Assembly (NCBI RefSeq): GCF_032854445.1
Contig: NC_088300.1
Coordinates: forward strand, 60,598,969 to 60,662,968
DNA: 64,000 bases
Reading direction: 5' to 3'
Origin: Liolophura sinensis
Taxonomy: Eukaryota
Shown piece after piece: positions 36,925 to 49,754 of the stretch. Each line of letters starts with the position of its first letter. The stretch's first letter is position 1. The position numbers and the translations under genes were made by a program. The notes beneath the pieces are model-generated. The model had not been told where the DNA came from. It saw only the letters and a list, made by a program, of their open reading frames with translations, and did not search any database.

Positions 36925-37736
36925 CTGAAAAGAAAACGGTCAAGACAGATTTAATAAAAAGAAAAATATGTACATAAATCAAAACATAAAAAAACACCAT
37001 ATATGTGTCCTTCATAGATTTGTCATTTGTTTACAACATACATGTACATACAGAGAACAACATTATGTAATTCACATGTAGGTTGCATTCATTTCCCTAA
37101 AGAATTCACAGCATCAAGAAATGAAGTCATAAATTATAACGATAATATTTAAAAATACGCAGCGAAAGTCATGTATACAACATAAATATTAAGGCAATAA
37201 TTTACAAAAATTTGCTGTGTTCATGCAACCATGATCATGAGTTAACAGTGCAAGGTCATTTCTAGAGCCATTTTAGTTGTGGAAAATGTTTGGGTGCCTG
37301 AAGCTAACAAGTAATTTGAACAAAAATTTGAAGATTTTCCTCTAAAAAGCTAGTTTTCATGTACAAATTCTTTCATTCACAAACTTGAAAGCTCTCAGAA
37401 AGTTTTTTTTTTTCCATAAAATTTCTTTATGGAAGATTATGTCACCTTTAAAATTTGGGTTCAGAACCTTCAATATTGTGCTGGACATGGCCCTGCAGGG
37501 GTCAGACAAACACACGGGCATGTACCTGTCTTAATACAAGATACAATATCTGAAGGTGTCATCCAGTCCTGGCGGATAATAAAACAATCACAGCAATCTG
37601 TTAACATGTAGTCTTGGTACATGTGTCATTAAACATACAGACCAAATGAAGTGAAAGTGTAGCTGTTTCGAACTCTCTGACACGTGGAGAACAGGTGGAT
37701 GAGCTAGCTGTTTACCAGACTGGGGCCTATGTGACA

Positions 37737-37985
37737 GAGGGGGTTAGCATGCTCATGCAGCACAATGAACCAAGGGCCTCTCACCAATAAGGTCACCGTG
37801 AGTTCAAGTTCAGTTCATGCTGGTTTCGTCTCTAGTCATACCTGCGAAGGTCTGCCAGCAACCTATGGATGGTCATGGGTTTCCCCTGGGTTCTGCCCAG
37901 TTTCTTATGTCATACCAGTGAAATGTTCTTTACATGTAGTCTGGCATAAAACACCAATCAAATAAATAAACAAATAGACAAATGT
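37737..37985 (+). mobile_element. SINE family A, near full-length copy
   Basis: Same head, body and tail as the copy at 24718. Lies in MVP intron 7. Confidence 0.85.
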
Positions 37986-37991
37986 CTTTAC

Positions 37992-38086
37992 CTGACATGA
38001 TTCAGAGAGTCTGTAAGTGTTTGTGTAGCTCGGAGATGAAGCGCTGTCTCGTCTGTTAACACTGTTGCTTTCTCCACGGCAACCAC
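37992..38086 (-). CDS. MVP: MVP exon 7 (VVAVEKATVLTDETALHLRATQTLTDSLNHV)
   Basis: Matches human [27 protein letters not shown]. Confidence 0.8.
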
Positions 38087-38333
38087 CTGAAATGTATCAC
38101 CTTCACAAGTCAATTCCAACCTAAAAGTACTGTATATATGAAAACTTCATGAAGATACTCTACTGTCTTATTAAATCCAGTATTTCACTGCAGTTTGCTG
38201 CACTAACACTGCTTTCAATTTAGTAATAATCTAGATTATATCTACTATAATTTTACTTTTCACTTAAAACTCAAAATGCTTCAATGCTGAACTATGGTAA
38301 TTCAATTAATCTTTCACAAATAAGAAGTCACAC

Positions 38334-38403
38334 CTCTTCGTAGACCCCAGGAAGGTAGGCTCCAACTCGCCGCACTATCCATTCTTCTCCCGTTACCCGA
38401 GGA
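38334..38403 (-). CDS. MVP: MVP exon 6 ([24 protein letters not shown])
   Basis: Matches human [23 protein letters not shown]. Confidence 0.85.
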
Positions 38404-39140
38404 CTGAACATGACAAAACGCAGACTGGATTACCAAAAAATCCAGTGTACCAAAAAAGCTAGTGTAATGAAAGAAAATTGTACACCAAAAGTGTAATACA
38501 ACAATTGTACCCCAGTGGTGTAACGTAAGAAAATTGTAACCTAGTAGTGTCAGGTAAGAAAAGTGTACCCTTGTAGTGTATTGTAAAATGTTGTAACACA
38601 CAGCATACCTCAATATATAAACATTAAAAACCTGTGCACATACTGGATCCTTGTCCAGCTAGTCATTTACGTGCAAGAATAAGGAGACATAATGAGTTCA
38701 CCCTTTGTACATGTCTTCATTTATTAAAAAGACTAAATTCATGAAAACTGGATAATACACAAATTCTGAATGGTTAAATTTTGACTGAGAGTAACTGAAA
38801 ATTCCTAAAGATTCCTAATTTGGTCATAAGAATCTCAGTCATAAATGGGATAGAGGTAAAAAAAAACATCAGAAAACTGACTGTTTCGGTTTGTAATAAA
38901 AAGTGAACTATCTTGTATAATTTTTACACAGACCAACAGACCCCTAGCATGGGGACAATTTCTCTTGGGTTTTCAGATGCAATGTTACTTTCACCTCCTT
39001 TTGCACACAAAAAAATCCTACATTTCTTATTTTCCAAACTTCTGCGTACATTTCTTATTTGTCTTTAGAAGTTTTGTCTGACTCCAGACTCTTCAGAATA
39101 ATAAGGGGATTAATTCTAAAAGCATAAAATACCGACATAC

Positions 39141-39232
39141 TTCCCGTGGCTATCACAGCAGTCTTGTAAGGCCCGCAGTTTTAAACTTTGTCCGGTCAGA
39201 ATCACAACAGGTGGGACATGCGACAAGATTTC
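39141..39232 (-). CDS. MVP: MVP exon 5 (EILSHVPPVVILTGQSLKLRALQDCCDSHG)
   Basis: Matches human [29 protein letters not shown]. Donor gtatgt, phase 2. Confidence 0.8.
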
Positions 39233-39534
39233 CTGAAATCCAAGGTATGCAAATTCTACATTCCAAAAATACATACACCAGTATAGGAAGGATTGCAATG
39301 TAGTTAAATCTCTGCCTTAACTAGCGAAGCTGTACATTGGATTCTCCAGGCTCCCTCAAACATTTCCTCACAAATGAGGTCATTGTGAAAGGGTCAAAAC
39401 AAATCTTGTATAGTTTTAAAAATTGATACAATGTTGTCTAGGCAAAGCAGATTTCCTTCAAACTTTTTAAAAAACACTCAATTTATCCAAGCATGAAGGT
39501 ATTCATGAAGGCTCATTTAAAATGAACATACACA

Positions 39535-39640
39535 AAACTGGCTCAGACTGGGCTCAAAACTGGCTCAGACTGGGCTCAAAACTGGCTCTTACTAGGCTCA
39601 AAACAGTATCAGACTGAGTTCAAAGCGGGCTCAGATGGCA
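39535..39640. repeat. 22-bp tandem repeat (aaactggctcagactgggctca), about 5 copies
   Basis: Direct periodicity in MVP intron 4. Confidence 0.8.
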
Positions 39641-40019
39641 AAAAAAAAAAAGGCTGTTACCAGGTTCAAAACTGGGTAAGACTAACATCACTCTTCAAGA
39701 GCTTTTTAATACAATTGACAGAGTAAGATAAATTACACAGATCTGTCCTGAGACTCAATAACTGCAATCATCAGTGTTGATCAGCTGCCCGGTTAACCGC
39801 CTATCCCAAGCCAATCATTTGCTTATTTACTTGACTTTTGTTCAACATCATACTCAAACACTGTCCACTTTTACAAGATAGTGATGAGTTTAATACATGG
39901 AGGAAGACACAGAGCTCATGATATACCATCAATCATCAGCAAGTTCCTGACAAACTTGTGATGAACAGATATGTACCCCATATTGGCAGAAGGCAGGTGG
40001 TCTTCAACTAACATTTCAC

Positions 40020-40205
40020 AGTGCAAACAGCCTCAAATACATCGCTGATAACTCATGATCACCAAGGCCCCATGATAATTCATGATCGCCAAGGCCACAT
40101 GATAACTTATGATCACCAAGGCCACATGATAACTTATGATCGCCAAGGCCCCATGATAACTCATGATCGCCAAGGCCCCATGATAACTCATGATGGCCAA
40201 GGTCC
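40020..40205. repeat. 30-bp tandem repeat (catgatcaccaaggccacatgataactt), about 6 copies
   Basis: Direct periodicity. The ORFs 40021..40257 on both strands are artefacts. Confidence 0.85.
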
Positions 40206-40366
40206 CATGAACTGTGAGAGCAGGTGAATCCAAAAATCCCTGACTAACCGAAAACAATGCCCTATGAAGACAAACATATTCTTAGAAAATACCAGTCTCC
40301 TGTCAATCATCCTGAAGTCAAGCATGATCAGCCTGATGAGTACCTCATGAATATTCAGTAACTTAC

Positions 40367-40600
40367 TGCCTGTGGGGTGGGGTAGTAAGTGAGTGGCCCC
40401 TCCAGCTGCCAGATGTCCCCAGCACATCTGGGGACCTCCTCATCCAGGTGGTCAAATCTTGCCCTAAGCCTCAGGCCATGGTTAGGCTTGATGACTGGCA
40501 GGGCTTTTATAGCCTTAGAGTATAGGTCAGGGCGGGGCTTGCTTTGGGGGTCAAGGGTCACACCCACTAAGTTTTCACCAGGGTACAGGGCAAACGGAAC
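40367..40600 (-). CDS. MVP: MVP exon 4 (VPFALYPGENLVGVTLDPQ...AGDIWQLEGPLTYYPTPQA)
   Basis: Matches human [21 protein letters not shown]...VAGDEWLFEGPGTYIPRKE. Overlaps the minus-strand ORF 40355..40567. Confidence 0.85.
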
Positions 40601-40983
40601 CTGATGTTAATAAAAGATGTATTTCAATGACTGTATAGAGTACACCAACAGATAACTGGAGTATATTTATGTAAGACTGGCAAATGGTCTAATAATTACT
40701 GCTTGCAATAATTACTGGTGTATTTGACACTTTTATCTTTTTTAGTAATAATCGACAAAGCTATATTAACTAAGCATTTCCCATATAGGCTTTACAAGAC
40801 AACTTCCTTGCTCTCCTGATGACAAAACTCAGTGCTACCGCTCAGACAGACAACAGTACACATATTTTGTACATTTTATCATTTGTATGAAAATATTGTG
40901 CTAATTTATTTAATGTAATGGCAAAAATTATTCACAGAAACATTTTACCATAAAGACATCAGACCCAGCTGTTGATACCTTAC

Positions 40984-41047
40984 CCCGTGGAATTTAATCT
41001 CCAATTCACCGAGGCGTAAATCACAAGTTTTACCATGAATATAATTT
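40984..41047 (-). CDS. MVP: MVP exon 3 (KNYIHGKTCDLRLGELEIKFHG)
   Basis: Matches human LFDVTGQVRLRHADLEIRL. Acceptor ccccag, donor gtaagg. Confidence 0.75.
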
Positions 41048-41522
41048 CTGGGGAGAAAGCAAAGTAACATACATGTATACTGTAATTCTTCTCATTTTAA
41101 GACAGGTATTAGCAGCACGAAAAAAACAAAAATTACATTTTTTCTCATTTTTTTTTGGGGGGGGGGGGTGCGGGAGTTAAGGCCTGTTTAAAACTGTGCA
41201 TTCCTGTTGCACTGCCATGTATACTGGTTAAATGATGCAGACCAGATATTCCACAAATCAGGGGAATTAAAGTAAATAGTAAGTTCTAGAAACATATTCC
41301 CACACTTGCAAAAGGGTATGAAATATAGATTCTTAATTTCTAAAAAGACCAAACAAGAAAAAAAAATACAAAGCAAATGTGAGATATGAAACCAAGAAAT
41401 CTGCACCCAATTCATTGCCATATTTATAAATAAGTTATGCTTTGCATATATGGCTAGAAGAGATCTCAAGAAATTACAGAAGCTGGAAATAAATACTGAA
41501 TACTTGTAATTCATAGACCTAC

Positions 41523-41656
41523 TTCATAGGGTCCTTTACAACACAGTACTGGCCAGGAGGGACAACCACCAAAGGGAGAGGGCCAGCCGTTAAACGCTCA
41601 TTTGTCTGCAGCACCAGTGACTGGGGACCTTTCTCGAGGCGGGTGACATTCGAATT
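41523..41656 (-). CDS. MVP: MVP exon 2 (NSNVTRLEKGPQSLVLQTNERLTAGPLPLVVVPPGQYCVVKDPM)
   Basis: Matches human [44 protein letters not shown]. Donor gtaggt, phase 2. Confidence 0.85.
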
Positions 41657-42887
41657 CTACAATGGAATTTGTTTGCTATTTTTGACCATACTGAAAAATA
41701 TTTCACTCACATATGTAAATAACAGGAATCGTTTTTAAAGGCAAAAAAGTCACATTTTTTCAACTAAGTGAAAGGCACTTGGAACTATGGATTATACGAC
41801 GGCCTTTTAAGGCCACACTGTGACAAGTTGTCAGGTTTTTGCCACTCAACATACACAGACCTCTAGACTTCTGTATTCACACGCATATACATGGAGTTAT
41901 GAATGCATTTGCCAAATGGATCTTGAGAGAAGTTACGTGAGTGTTTTATAAAAAGATATGGATGTGAAAACAAAAAACTAACTAGAGGTTGATATAACAT
42001 CATGTCTGACCAATCTTGTCTACCTCAGGCCAAGAACTCTTCAGCCGACCATCAGCTGACCCTCGGCCGACCGTCAGCAGATCATCAGTCCATGATCAAT
42101 AAATACTTTAACACTAAATACACACGGATTTCCTGTAAACTGTTATTTCAAGCCTGTTATGAACATCGTGGATGTTTCGCAGCATATTTACTTACACACT
42201 AATTTCGCACAAAATTCATGTTTTAATAGCTTACTGTTTGGGACCCCAACTGTTTTCATTCTGCCACCCATACACACAGTTCTCTCGATTACTGGGGATT
42301 CAAGTTTTTACCGTGCGTCTCCAGTACACAATATTTTGTTTTAATATAAATGACTTCACTAATTATTAAATAACAAGCCTACTTAGAGGCATTTATGGCA
42401 AAGTTATGTGCTGACAAATATACATATTTGCAACACACTGCTTTCTCTGAAGACCACCACTTTGTTCATGACTGCTTTTCACAACCATGGCGGTGTTTCA
42501 GAATTTCGAAACGGCAACAAGTTGTTTGGCTTATCAGTAAATTTATCACAGTTTCATGTTGGATACAAAATTACACAGGAATATTTGACTTGGTGTGATG
42601 TGTGTCAGCCTACATGCTTATATACGCTTAAAAAAACCTCTACTGCAAATGAATATCAGTACATCACACAAGGTCTACAATTTATAAAATTTGAACTGCT
42701 GACATGGATAAAGATCAGCATGTATCTATTTTTCCATTTAATCTTGAGTTCCTAAATTGTATCCCCAATTTCACAATTGTCAATCCTATCGTTTATTAAC
42801 TTTTATAAGTACAAAAACATGTTATAAGACAAGCGCAATCATATGTAGCCTTAATATACGCCTGAAGACATGCAATGTTTGCTAAAT

Positions 42888-42890
42888 GCC

Positions 42891-42923
<33 letters not shown>

Positions 42924-42936
42924 CCATCCTAAATCA
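42888..42936. repeat. (TA)n microsatellite
   Basis: Runs of tatata. Confidence 0.85.
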
Positions 42937-43820
42937 TGAATAAAATCAACCTGTAACAGTAAAAAGAAATGTATTGGTGCAATTCCAATCCAATTTTTGC
43001 TGTTACTTTAGAATAGTCCAAATAATTACCTTTCACAAAATATCAGCCTCGTCTGTGCATGGGTTATGTTCAAAATCGGTAATAAAATACTAAAAATGTA
43101 TAGAGAATGCCGCGCGAATGATACAAGGCCGACAGTGTATGTCTGCTGTCGTTCAAACTCCAGCAAGTGACTGAATGTCGCAAAATGATGACACACCATG
43201 GAAGAGCTGTCGGCGGCCGATGGTAGACTTAGGGTGATGGCAGGTTTGAACAGGATCCGGCTAGGGTCGGCGTATTATGGGCGTATAATGCACAGACCAT
43301 CCAACAACATGGGCCATAGGACTGATGGTCAGAATCCGGCAGTATTGTACATGTACCTCTCCATGTTATCTTTTAATCACCTTGTTGTCTGCTTGATGCT
43401 GCTTCCTGTCGGTCAATTAAGTGTCCAGATATGCATGACCTCGATTATCAACAGTAAATGTGCGTTTTCATAGTTTAATCTTTTGCTTCCAAGAAATGAA
43501 GTACCGGTATAAAAGTACGGTACATAATTTACTCCTCCATTAAATATTATGCACTCTACTACATTAACAGCACTCTCACAACCCCTTTGCTCCACGATCA
43601 AAAAACACTGACAATCACAAAAGTATACATATTCTCCAAAAAATATATATATATACCAGACTGCGCACTGGCCGTAGGAAAAAGTGTAAAACTGAAAGTT
43701 CGCAACTAATCCGTAATTTTTTGTAAACAAGCCACTGCAGGTCGATGACATTTTCTGCAAAGCCAAAGCAAAAAAAGCATTTAAAACTATTTGACAGGAG
43801 AAACAAACCATTTTACACAC

Positions 43821-43880
43821 CAGATCTAAGACATGAACAAACTCAAATGGTGATATCCGAATGACACCTTCCGTGGACAT
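43821..43880 (-). CDS. MVP: MVP exon 1 with the start codon (MSTEGVIRISPFEFVHVLDL)
   Basis: Matches human MVP [21 protein letters not shown]. The ATG is at 43880..43878 and the donor is gtgtgt. Confidence 0.85.
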
Positions 43881-44554
43881 TGTGAAATGTTTCTGTTTTT
43901 GACGTTGACTTGATCTTCCGTGTTCACCATCAACAAAACAGAAATTCCTTTAGAGCTCTCCGTTGTGTGGGGATTGGTCTGCGACGAAAACAGGAGAATG
44001 CAGTCATACCACCCGAGAAAAGGTTGTTCTTCAGTTCAATGTATCCGTCCTCGGGACCTGAAACACAACAATGCGGCCACAGGACAAAAGCAATACTTAA
44101 TATTTCTTAACTATGGTTTATATGTTGAACTTGCATCTATCATTAAAAAATATTTGTTTATTTTTTAAAAGTACGAATTAATACACGTAATTCTTCTTGA
44201 ATAGAAAACATTTCTAAACTATACTCTGTACTGCTTATATTTTGCAACTAATTTGCTTATTTTACTTCACATATGCATGTAATTTAAAAAACATATTTTA
44301 ATTTGCCGATGTCGAATTAGTATATTTAAAGCTTATGGAAAACTTGCAATAATAAATACTCATTTACTGGTATGTTTATTTGGGGTTTTTTATTCTGAAC
44401 TATAGCAGTATGTAAAATTTTATACCTTCAAAAACAATCTTCATCAATATTGTTTATGATGTTTTGGCTTTTAGTTGCTAGGCCTATACCTCAGTCTATA
44501 AAAGCCTGTTGATGCCACTGTATATAAAAATGTGTCCTGTTATTTCTCTAAAAT

Positions 44555-45170
44555 GGATTACTGTTCCGTTTTAGCGAATTACTAAATTGTTATAACGCAT
44601 TAGCAAATCGTTTTAACGGATTGGCAATCCATTATAACGACTTGCTAATTCGAAATAACCGATTACTATTTCATTTCAGTGGATTATTTCTAGTTTAATG
44701 GATTACTGTTAACATTCTTTATAAAGACTACATGTAATTGGCATGAGGTTTAACACAGATGCTTGTGTAAAGATTCTCATTTTGAGAATGGACGGCCGTG
44801 GAGACTTGTGCACCCTTTACTTTCGTCTTGGTTTATGCCATTCGGATATCCTGTTGTTCCCTGCACCTATAAGTGGTAATTCATAAGGCAATAATATCGT
44901 TTTAATGGATGGTAAGATTTCGTTATCACGGATTACTTATCCCTTTTAGTTTAGTAATAGTAATCCGTTATAACGAATTAGCCAATCGTATCTTGCTATT
45001 CCGAGAAAACGAAATAGTAATACGTTAAAACAGAATAATAATCAGTTATATCAATTAGCAAATCGTTATAACGGATTGTCAATACGTTATAACGATTTGC
45101 TAATTCGCTATAACGATTTAATAATTTGTTAAAACGGAATAGTAATCTGGTTTAGCGGATTAGTTGGACA
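44555..45170. mobile_element. MITE-like non-autonomous DNA element with terminal inverted repeats (GATTACTRTTCCGTTTTA) and clusters of subterminal 22-bp direct repeats (GTTATAACGRATTRGCWAATCG)
   Basis: The left end ggattactgttccgttttagcg at 44556 matches the reverse complement of the right end ctaaaccagattactattccgttttaac at about 45130-45165. About six subterminal repeat copies occur in each arm, at 44575-44700 and 44890-45140. Confidence 0.5.
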
Positions 45171-45479
45171 CATTTTATTTATTTACAGTGGCACCAATAG
45201 CCCTCCGTATCAGCCTGACATTTTTTCGTGCGCATTACTTTATGTTATTTTTTTTTTTCATGGGGATATAAGTATTAGTATGGTACAAATTTTTTTTAAG
45301 AAAACCTAATTAAATGAAGAAATGTTTGTGAGACTTTCTTTACGTGAAGTTTATTGCATTGTGGTGTATAATTGTTATGAATTGTGGTGCTATCATTATG
45401 TTCATTTAACTGAATTGTAGGCTCAACTTTCGGCCTTTCCAAACAACGAAATGCAATGAGGTCACCGTCACGGCCCTCA

Positions 45480-45588
45480 CGTGGACAAATGCAGCTTGAG
45501 CTTGTAGTTGGGTTTGATTCGTGGTTGCGCGCCACTACATATTGAGTGACTTCCGCTTTGATTTTCGCTGAATTTTCGAATCTGAAGG
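45480..45588 (+). other. BUB3: Putative BUB3 5'-UTR first exon
   Basis: A GC- and CpG-containing segment (gcgcgcc) ends at a gtaatg donor. The ATG exon begins with an AG acceptor at 46815, so an upstream non-coding exon is required. This is an inference only. Confidence 0.3.
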
Positions 45589-46822
45589 TAATGTGAGAAG
45601 GGCACTTAAGCGTTTTCCATACAGTTATTGTCTTGTAAAAATGTATATTCTTGTCTCAAATGTATACTAATGTAAGTTTATCAGCCGAAAATCATGTCGA
45701 ATGTGTCTTTGCCTTTATTTTCCCACGATTGATAGAGCGTGGTCTGTGTGTTGTTGTTGTATTTTGTGATGTCGGACATGGTTTAGGTCATTTAAGAAAT
45801 GATGGCTGCAATAAAAAACGAAGTGTCCATTGTCCATTGACGAGGAGCATTCACTACGCATACGCAGCCGAGCCCAAAAACAACGGGCACTTCCCTTTTT
45901 GACTGTAGTTATCACAACATAGTGAATGAAGCCATTGTTTCAATTCTAACATTAGTCATAGTGAAATCTAGATGGAGTTAGTTAGCCCGAGACCTCGGTG
46001 TAAGGGTGACTTATATATGCTGATAGGCGGGGACCACTGACCTCCCTTAGCCTGAGAGCTATACAAACCCAATCCCGTTTAATGCTTACAAAAGAGCCAC
46101 CCCCTCATTCAGTTCTGATGCATGTGCATTAGATTCGTCCTGAATACACACAAAGCACAGCAATTCTGAAAGCTAAAATATTTACGCTTAATTTGCCTTA
46201 ATCATGTGTCTGTGATACATTGACAGACGAAAAGTTAAGGGACACAAATATCAGCAAAGTCCAGGCCGTGGAGACATATTTGATGGGTAATTTGTGTCCC
46301 AAATACCATTACTAGCTCTTACAGCAACTGCATCAGGTTATTTAAACGGAGCACGCTCCGACGTTGGTTTGGGGCCATCCTTGGCCAATTAAAATTTTGC
46401 CAAACCTAATGTCAGAGCAGTCTTGAACTAACCTCTTTCCCACTCGAAGCAGTCAATCCATTTTCTCTGCTAGCTCTGTGGGGCTGTATTTATGTAGAAA
46501 CACAGCCTCACATGAAAGCATTGACTGTACATGACTGCATCATCTGTCATGCATGCACCATGTTTGAAATTTCCATATGATCACTCAGCAATACTTGGAA
46601 GTTATCTGTTTCATAAGGCCCATAAGGAGGCCCTGCCAAAAAAAAACGAAGTCATGGCTGGCTGTCTCCAAGTATTGCTGAACGAACATCCATAGAACAT
46701 CCTTGACATTTAACATATTTATACACTGTCAAACATTAACGATGTACACAAAGAAATTTTGGTCCTGTCACAAGTGCAAGGCTTGATAGTAGTCATATCC
46801 TGTTTACATTTACAGATTAATC

Positions 46823-47020
46823 ATGGCTGAAACACCCAGTGAGTTTAAGCTGAAAAACCCTCCAATGGATGGAGTGTCTGCTGTTAAATTTGGTCCTAAC
46901 TCCAGCCAGCACCTGCTGGTATCATCATGGGACTGCACTGTGCGGCTATATGATGTCATCAGTAACAATATGAGGTTGAGCTTCCCACAGCAAGCCCCAG
47001 TCCTCGATTGCTGTTTTCAT
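46823..47020 (+). CDS. BUB3: BUB3 coding exon 1 (MAETPSEFKLKNPPMDGVSAVKFGPNSSQHLLVSSWDCTVRLYDV...)
   Basis: Matches human BUB3 [64 protein letters not shown]. Donor gtatgt. Confidence 0.9.
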
Positions 47021-47500
47021 GTATGTACATGGGCTTGGTTGTTCAAAAGTGTATTAGATAATACTGATATTAAGTTATATTATATATTAATATATTAATT
47101 TAACAAAAACCCAGCTACCAAATGGAACAGTAGCAGACTTAGTTCATATTAATAAACTGTTCCACAATTATTTGAGCCAAGTGCAAAACTGAAGACTTCA
47201 AGTTAAATCTGCTATGAAGTCTCAAGACTGTTTTGAACAACCAGCTGGTTCATATTACAAAACATGAAAAAATGACTTAAAGTAAATAGTAACAAAGAAA
47301 ATATGCATTAAATACACATGTAGTCTCTTTGACAGTGGTTGTTCTGAACATATATTTGAAACTTGGCAGATCCAGTATGGTCATGCATATGCACGGTACA
47401 AAGGAAGACTTTGCTGGCTCAAAGCGAAGTCCTTATAGTATGGAAAGTTTCTCTGTTGTCTTATTAATTTCATTGTCTAACTTTCCTGACCATTTTTCAG

Positions 47501-47570
47501 GATTCAGTTCGAGCGTATAGTGGAGGATTGGACAAAGTTCTGAAAACTTTTGATTTTAACACTAATGCAG
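47501..47570 (+). CDS. BUB3: BUB3 exon 2 (DSVRAYSGGLDKVLKTFDFNTNA)
   Basis: Matches human DPTHAWSGGLDHQLKMHDLNTDQE. Acceptor ttttcag, donor gtaagt. Confidence 0.85.
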
Positions 47571-48170
47571 GTAAGTGTGTCTGCAATAAAAGTATGATTG
47601 TTGCCAGCGAGAAAAAGTTGTATTATCAGCATGTCAATAAAAATAGTTGATAGTTTAATTTTGACCCAATGCATGTCTTTATCTGCTTGTCAGTAAAAAT
47701 AGTTGATAGTTTAATTTTGAACCAATACATGTCTTCATCCTATGGAATTCAATCAGCAGACTGATACACAGGTTTTTAAGTATGATATCAAAACTGGCCT
47801 TTTTTCTGGGCCTCCTTTTCTCTGGTGTAAGTTGAGAACAACATCATTGTCAAGTCAGGCTGTCTGGAGTGTGGTGTGTAAAATCAAGCTAATAAGTGAA
47901 GAAAATAAGCATGAAACCTGTATGTGTATGGCACCGTATAAAGTAGTGTTAGCTGGTATTCTGACGTCTGGAGCAATATTCATCTGCTCAGATTACATTC
48001 ACATCATGATCTACTTGTAATAAATTTGTCGTTGTCGTTCTCGCTATTTTCATCCGCCTCGACAAATTTTATAGCAGCAATGAATGGACTCCAAAGTACA
48101 TGTGTTTTCATTGGTGGTCCACTATTATGAGTAACTATTGTATATATTCCCTATTGTTGTGTTTGTACAG

Positions 48171-48322
48171 AGAGAAGTGTAGGAATGCATGACGCCCCTA
48201 TACGCTGTGTTGAGTTCTGCCCAGATGCTAATGTCATTGTCACAGGAAGTTGGGATTCTACTGTCAAACTATGGGACCCACGGACACCCTGTAATGCTGG
48301 CACCTTCTCACAACCTGACAAG
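48171..48322 (+). CDS. BUB3: BUB3 exon 3 (ERSVGMHDAPIRCVEFCPDANVIVTGSWDSTVKLWDPRTPCNAGTFSQPDK)
   Basis: Near-identical to human GTHDAPIRCVEYCPEVNVMVTGSWDQTVKLWDPRTPCNAGTFSQPEK. Confidence 0.95.
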
Positions 48323-48800
48323 GTAGGTGGACTCGCATCATGTCCGCAGGTTTTTTTGTTTATCCAGTTTCAATTGAAATTCTGTTTTTTGTGCCTGATT
48401 ATACACATACTGTTACTTGTTCAGAGATATGACCTGAAATGTACTGGTAATTCCTCAAAAATTACTGCATTATTTACAAAAAAATTAAGTTTAATACAGT
48501 TTATTTAATTTTTTTTTTTAATAGACATTCTTGCTAGAATGTTTCATATGTCAAAGAAGTAATTTTTGCAGCAACTCTACTATGACATTTTCAAAGATAT
48601 TAATCTAGAAAAACCGATTTTAATTCAGGAAAGCCTTATGTCTACTGAAAGTAGTCATCTTGTGAGAGTTTTTAAGGTATGAGATATAAAGACCTTGATT
48701 TTTAGAAGTTTAATACAAATCAAACAGTTTTATTTCTAAAGTTTTGCCTGCTTTGAAAATCCTGACATTTTCATTTAAGTTATATCATTCTCTGTTACAG

Positions 48801-48984
48801 GTATACACCTTGTCTGTTTGTGGGGACAGACTAATTGTTGGAACTGCAGGGAGAAAGATTTTGGTTTGGGATCTCCGAAATATGGGTTATGTACAACAAC
48901 GACGAGAATCCAGCCTGAAATATCAGACACGATGCATTCGAAGTTTCCCTAACAAACAAGGCTATGTTCTCAGCTCCATTGAAG
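48801..48984 (+). CDS. BUB3: BUB3 exon 4 ([61 protein letters not shown])
   Basis: Near-identical to human [62 protein letters not shown]. Confidence 0.95.
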
Positions 48985-49534
48985 GTACCACTACATACAT
49001 CAATACTTTGTAACTTTTGTGCGGTGCTTTTGGATTGGACACATCATAAGATTATTAGCAAGTAGCCAGTTTTCAACACAGACTCAGACCATAACAAAGA
49101 CTTAATAATATGCAGTATTAGTAATTACTTGTTATAAAGTGTTCACCATCCTTTGGGGTCCAAGCGAGCACTGGTTGGTTTTGGAGCCAATCCAGTATGA
49201 CTGGTTATGCATGTTGTGAGATGGAATCTGGTGTCTTCAGCATGGTGTTTTAGAGAGGCAGCACCATGCACATGTCATTGTGGACATTGGGAGCTGCATG
49301 GGAAGAATCCAAGGGATGGTGAAAGGGACATTCAACTCAAACCTTTAAGTTGGGAACCTTTGTCTTGTGAATTGTTTTACACCAGGCACCCCAGTTTCCT
49401 CACTGTCTGCCATAAAAAATTTATTTTACACATCAGTCAAATAAATAAAAGCCCAAGCTACCAGGCAGCTAAACTGTTAAAGGCTCTTGCATAAAGGATA
49501 AAGTGTTATCTAACTCTCATTTCTCTGCTCCCAG

Positions 49535-49754
49535 GTCGTGTTGCAGTGGAGTACTTGGATCCCAGCCCTGAGGTACAGAAGAAGAAATATGCATTTAAAT
49601 GTCACCGTGTGAAGGAGCAGGGCAAAGAGAAGATCTACCCTGTCAATGCTATAGCCTTCCATAACGTCCACAACACATTTGCCACAGGCGGCTCTGACGG
49701 CATTGTGAACATCTGGGACGGCTTTAATAAGAAGAGACTGTGTCAGTTCCACAA
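49535..49754 (+). CDS. BUB3: BUB3 exon 5 ([73 protein letters not shown])
   Basis: Near-identical to human [72 protein letters not shown]. Confidence 0.95.
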
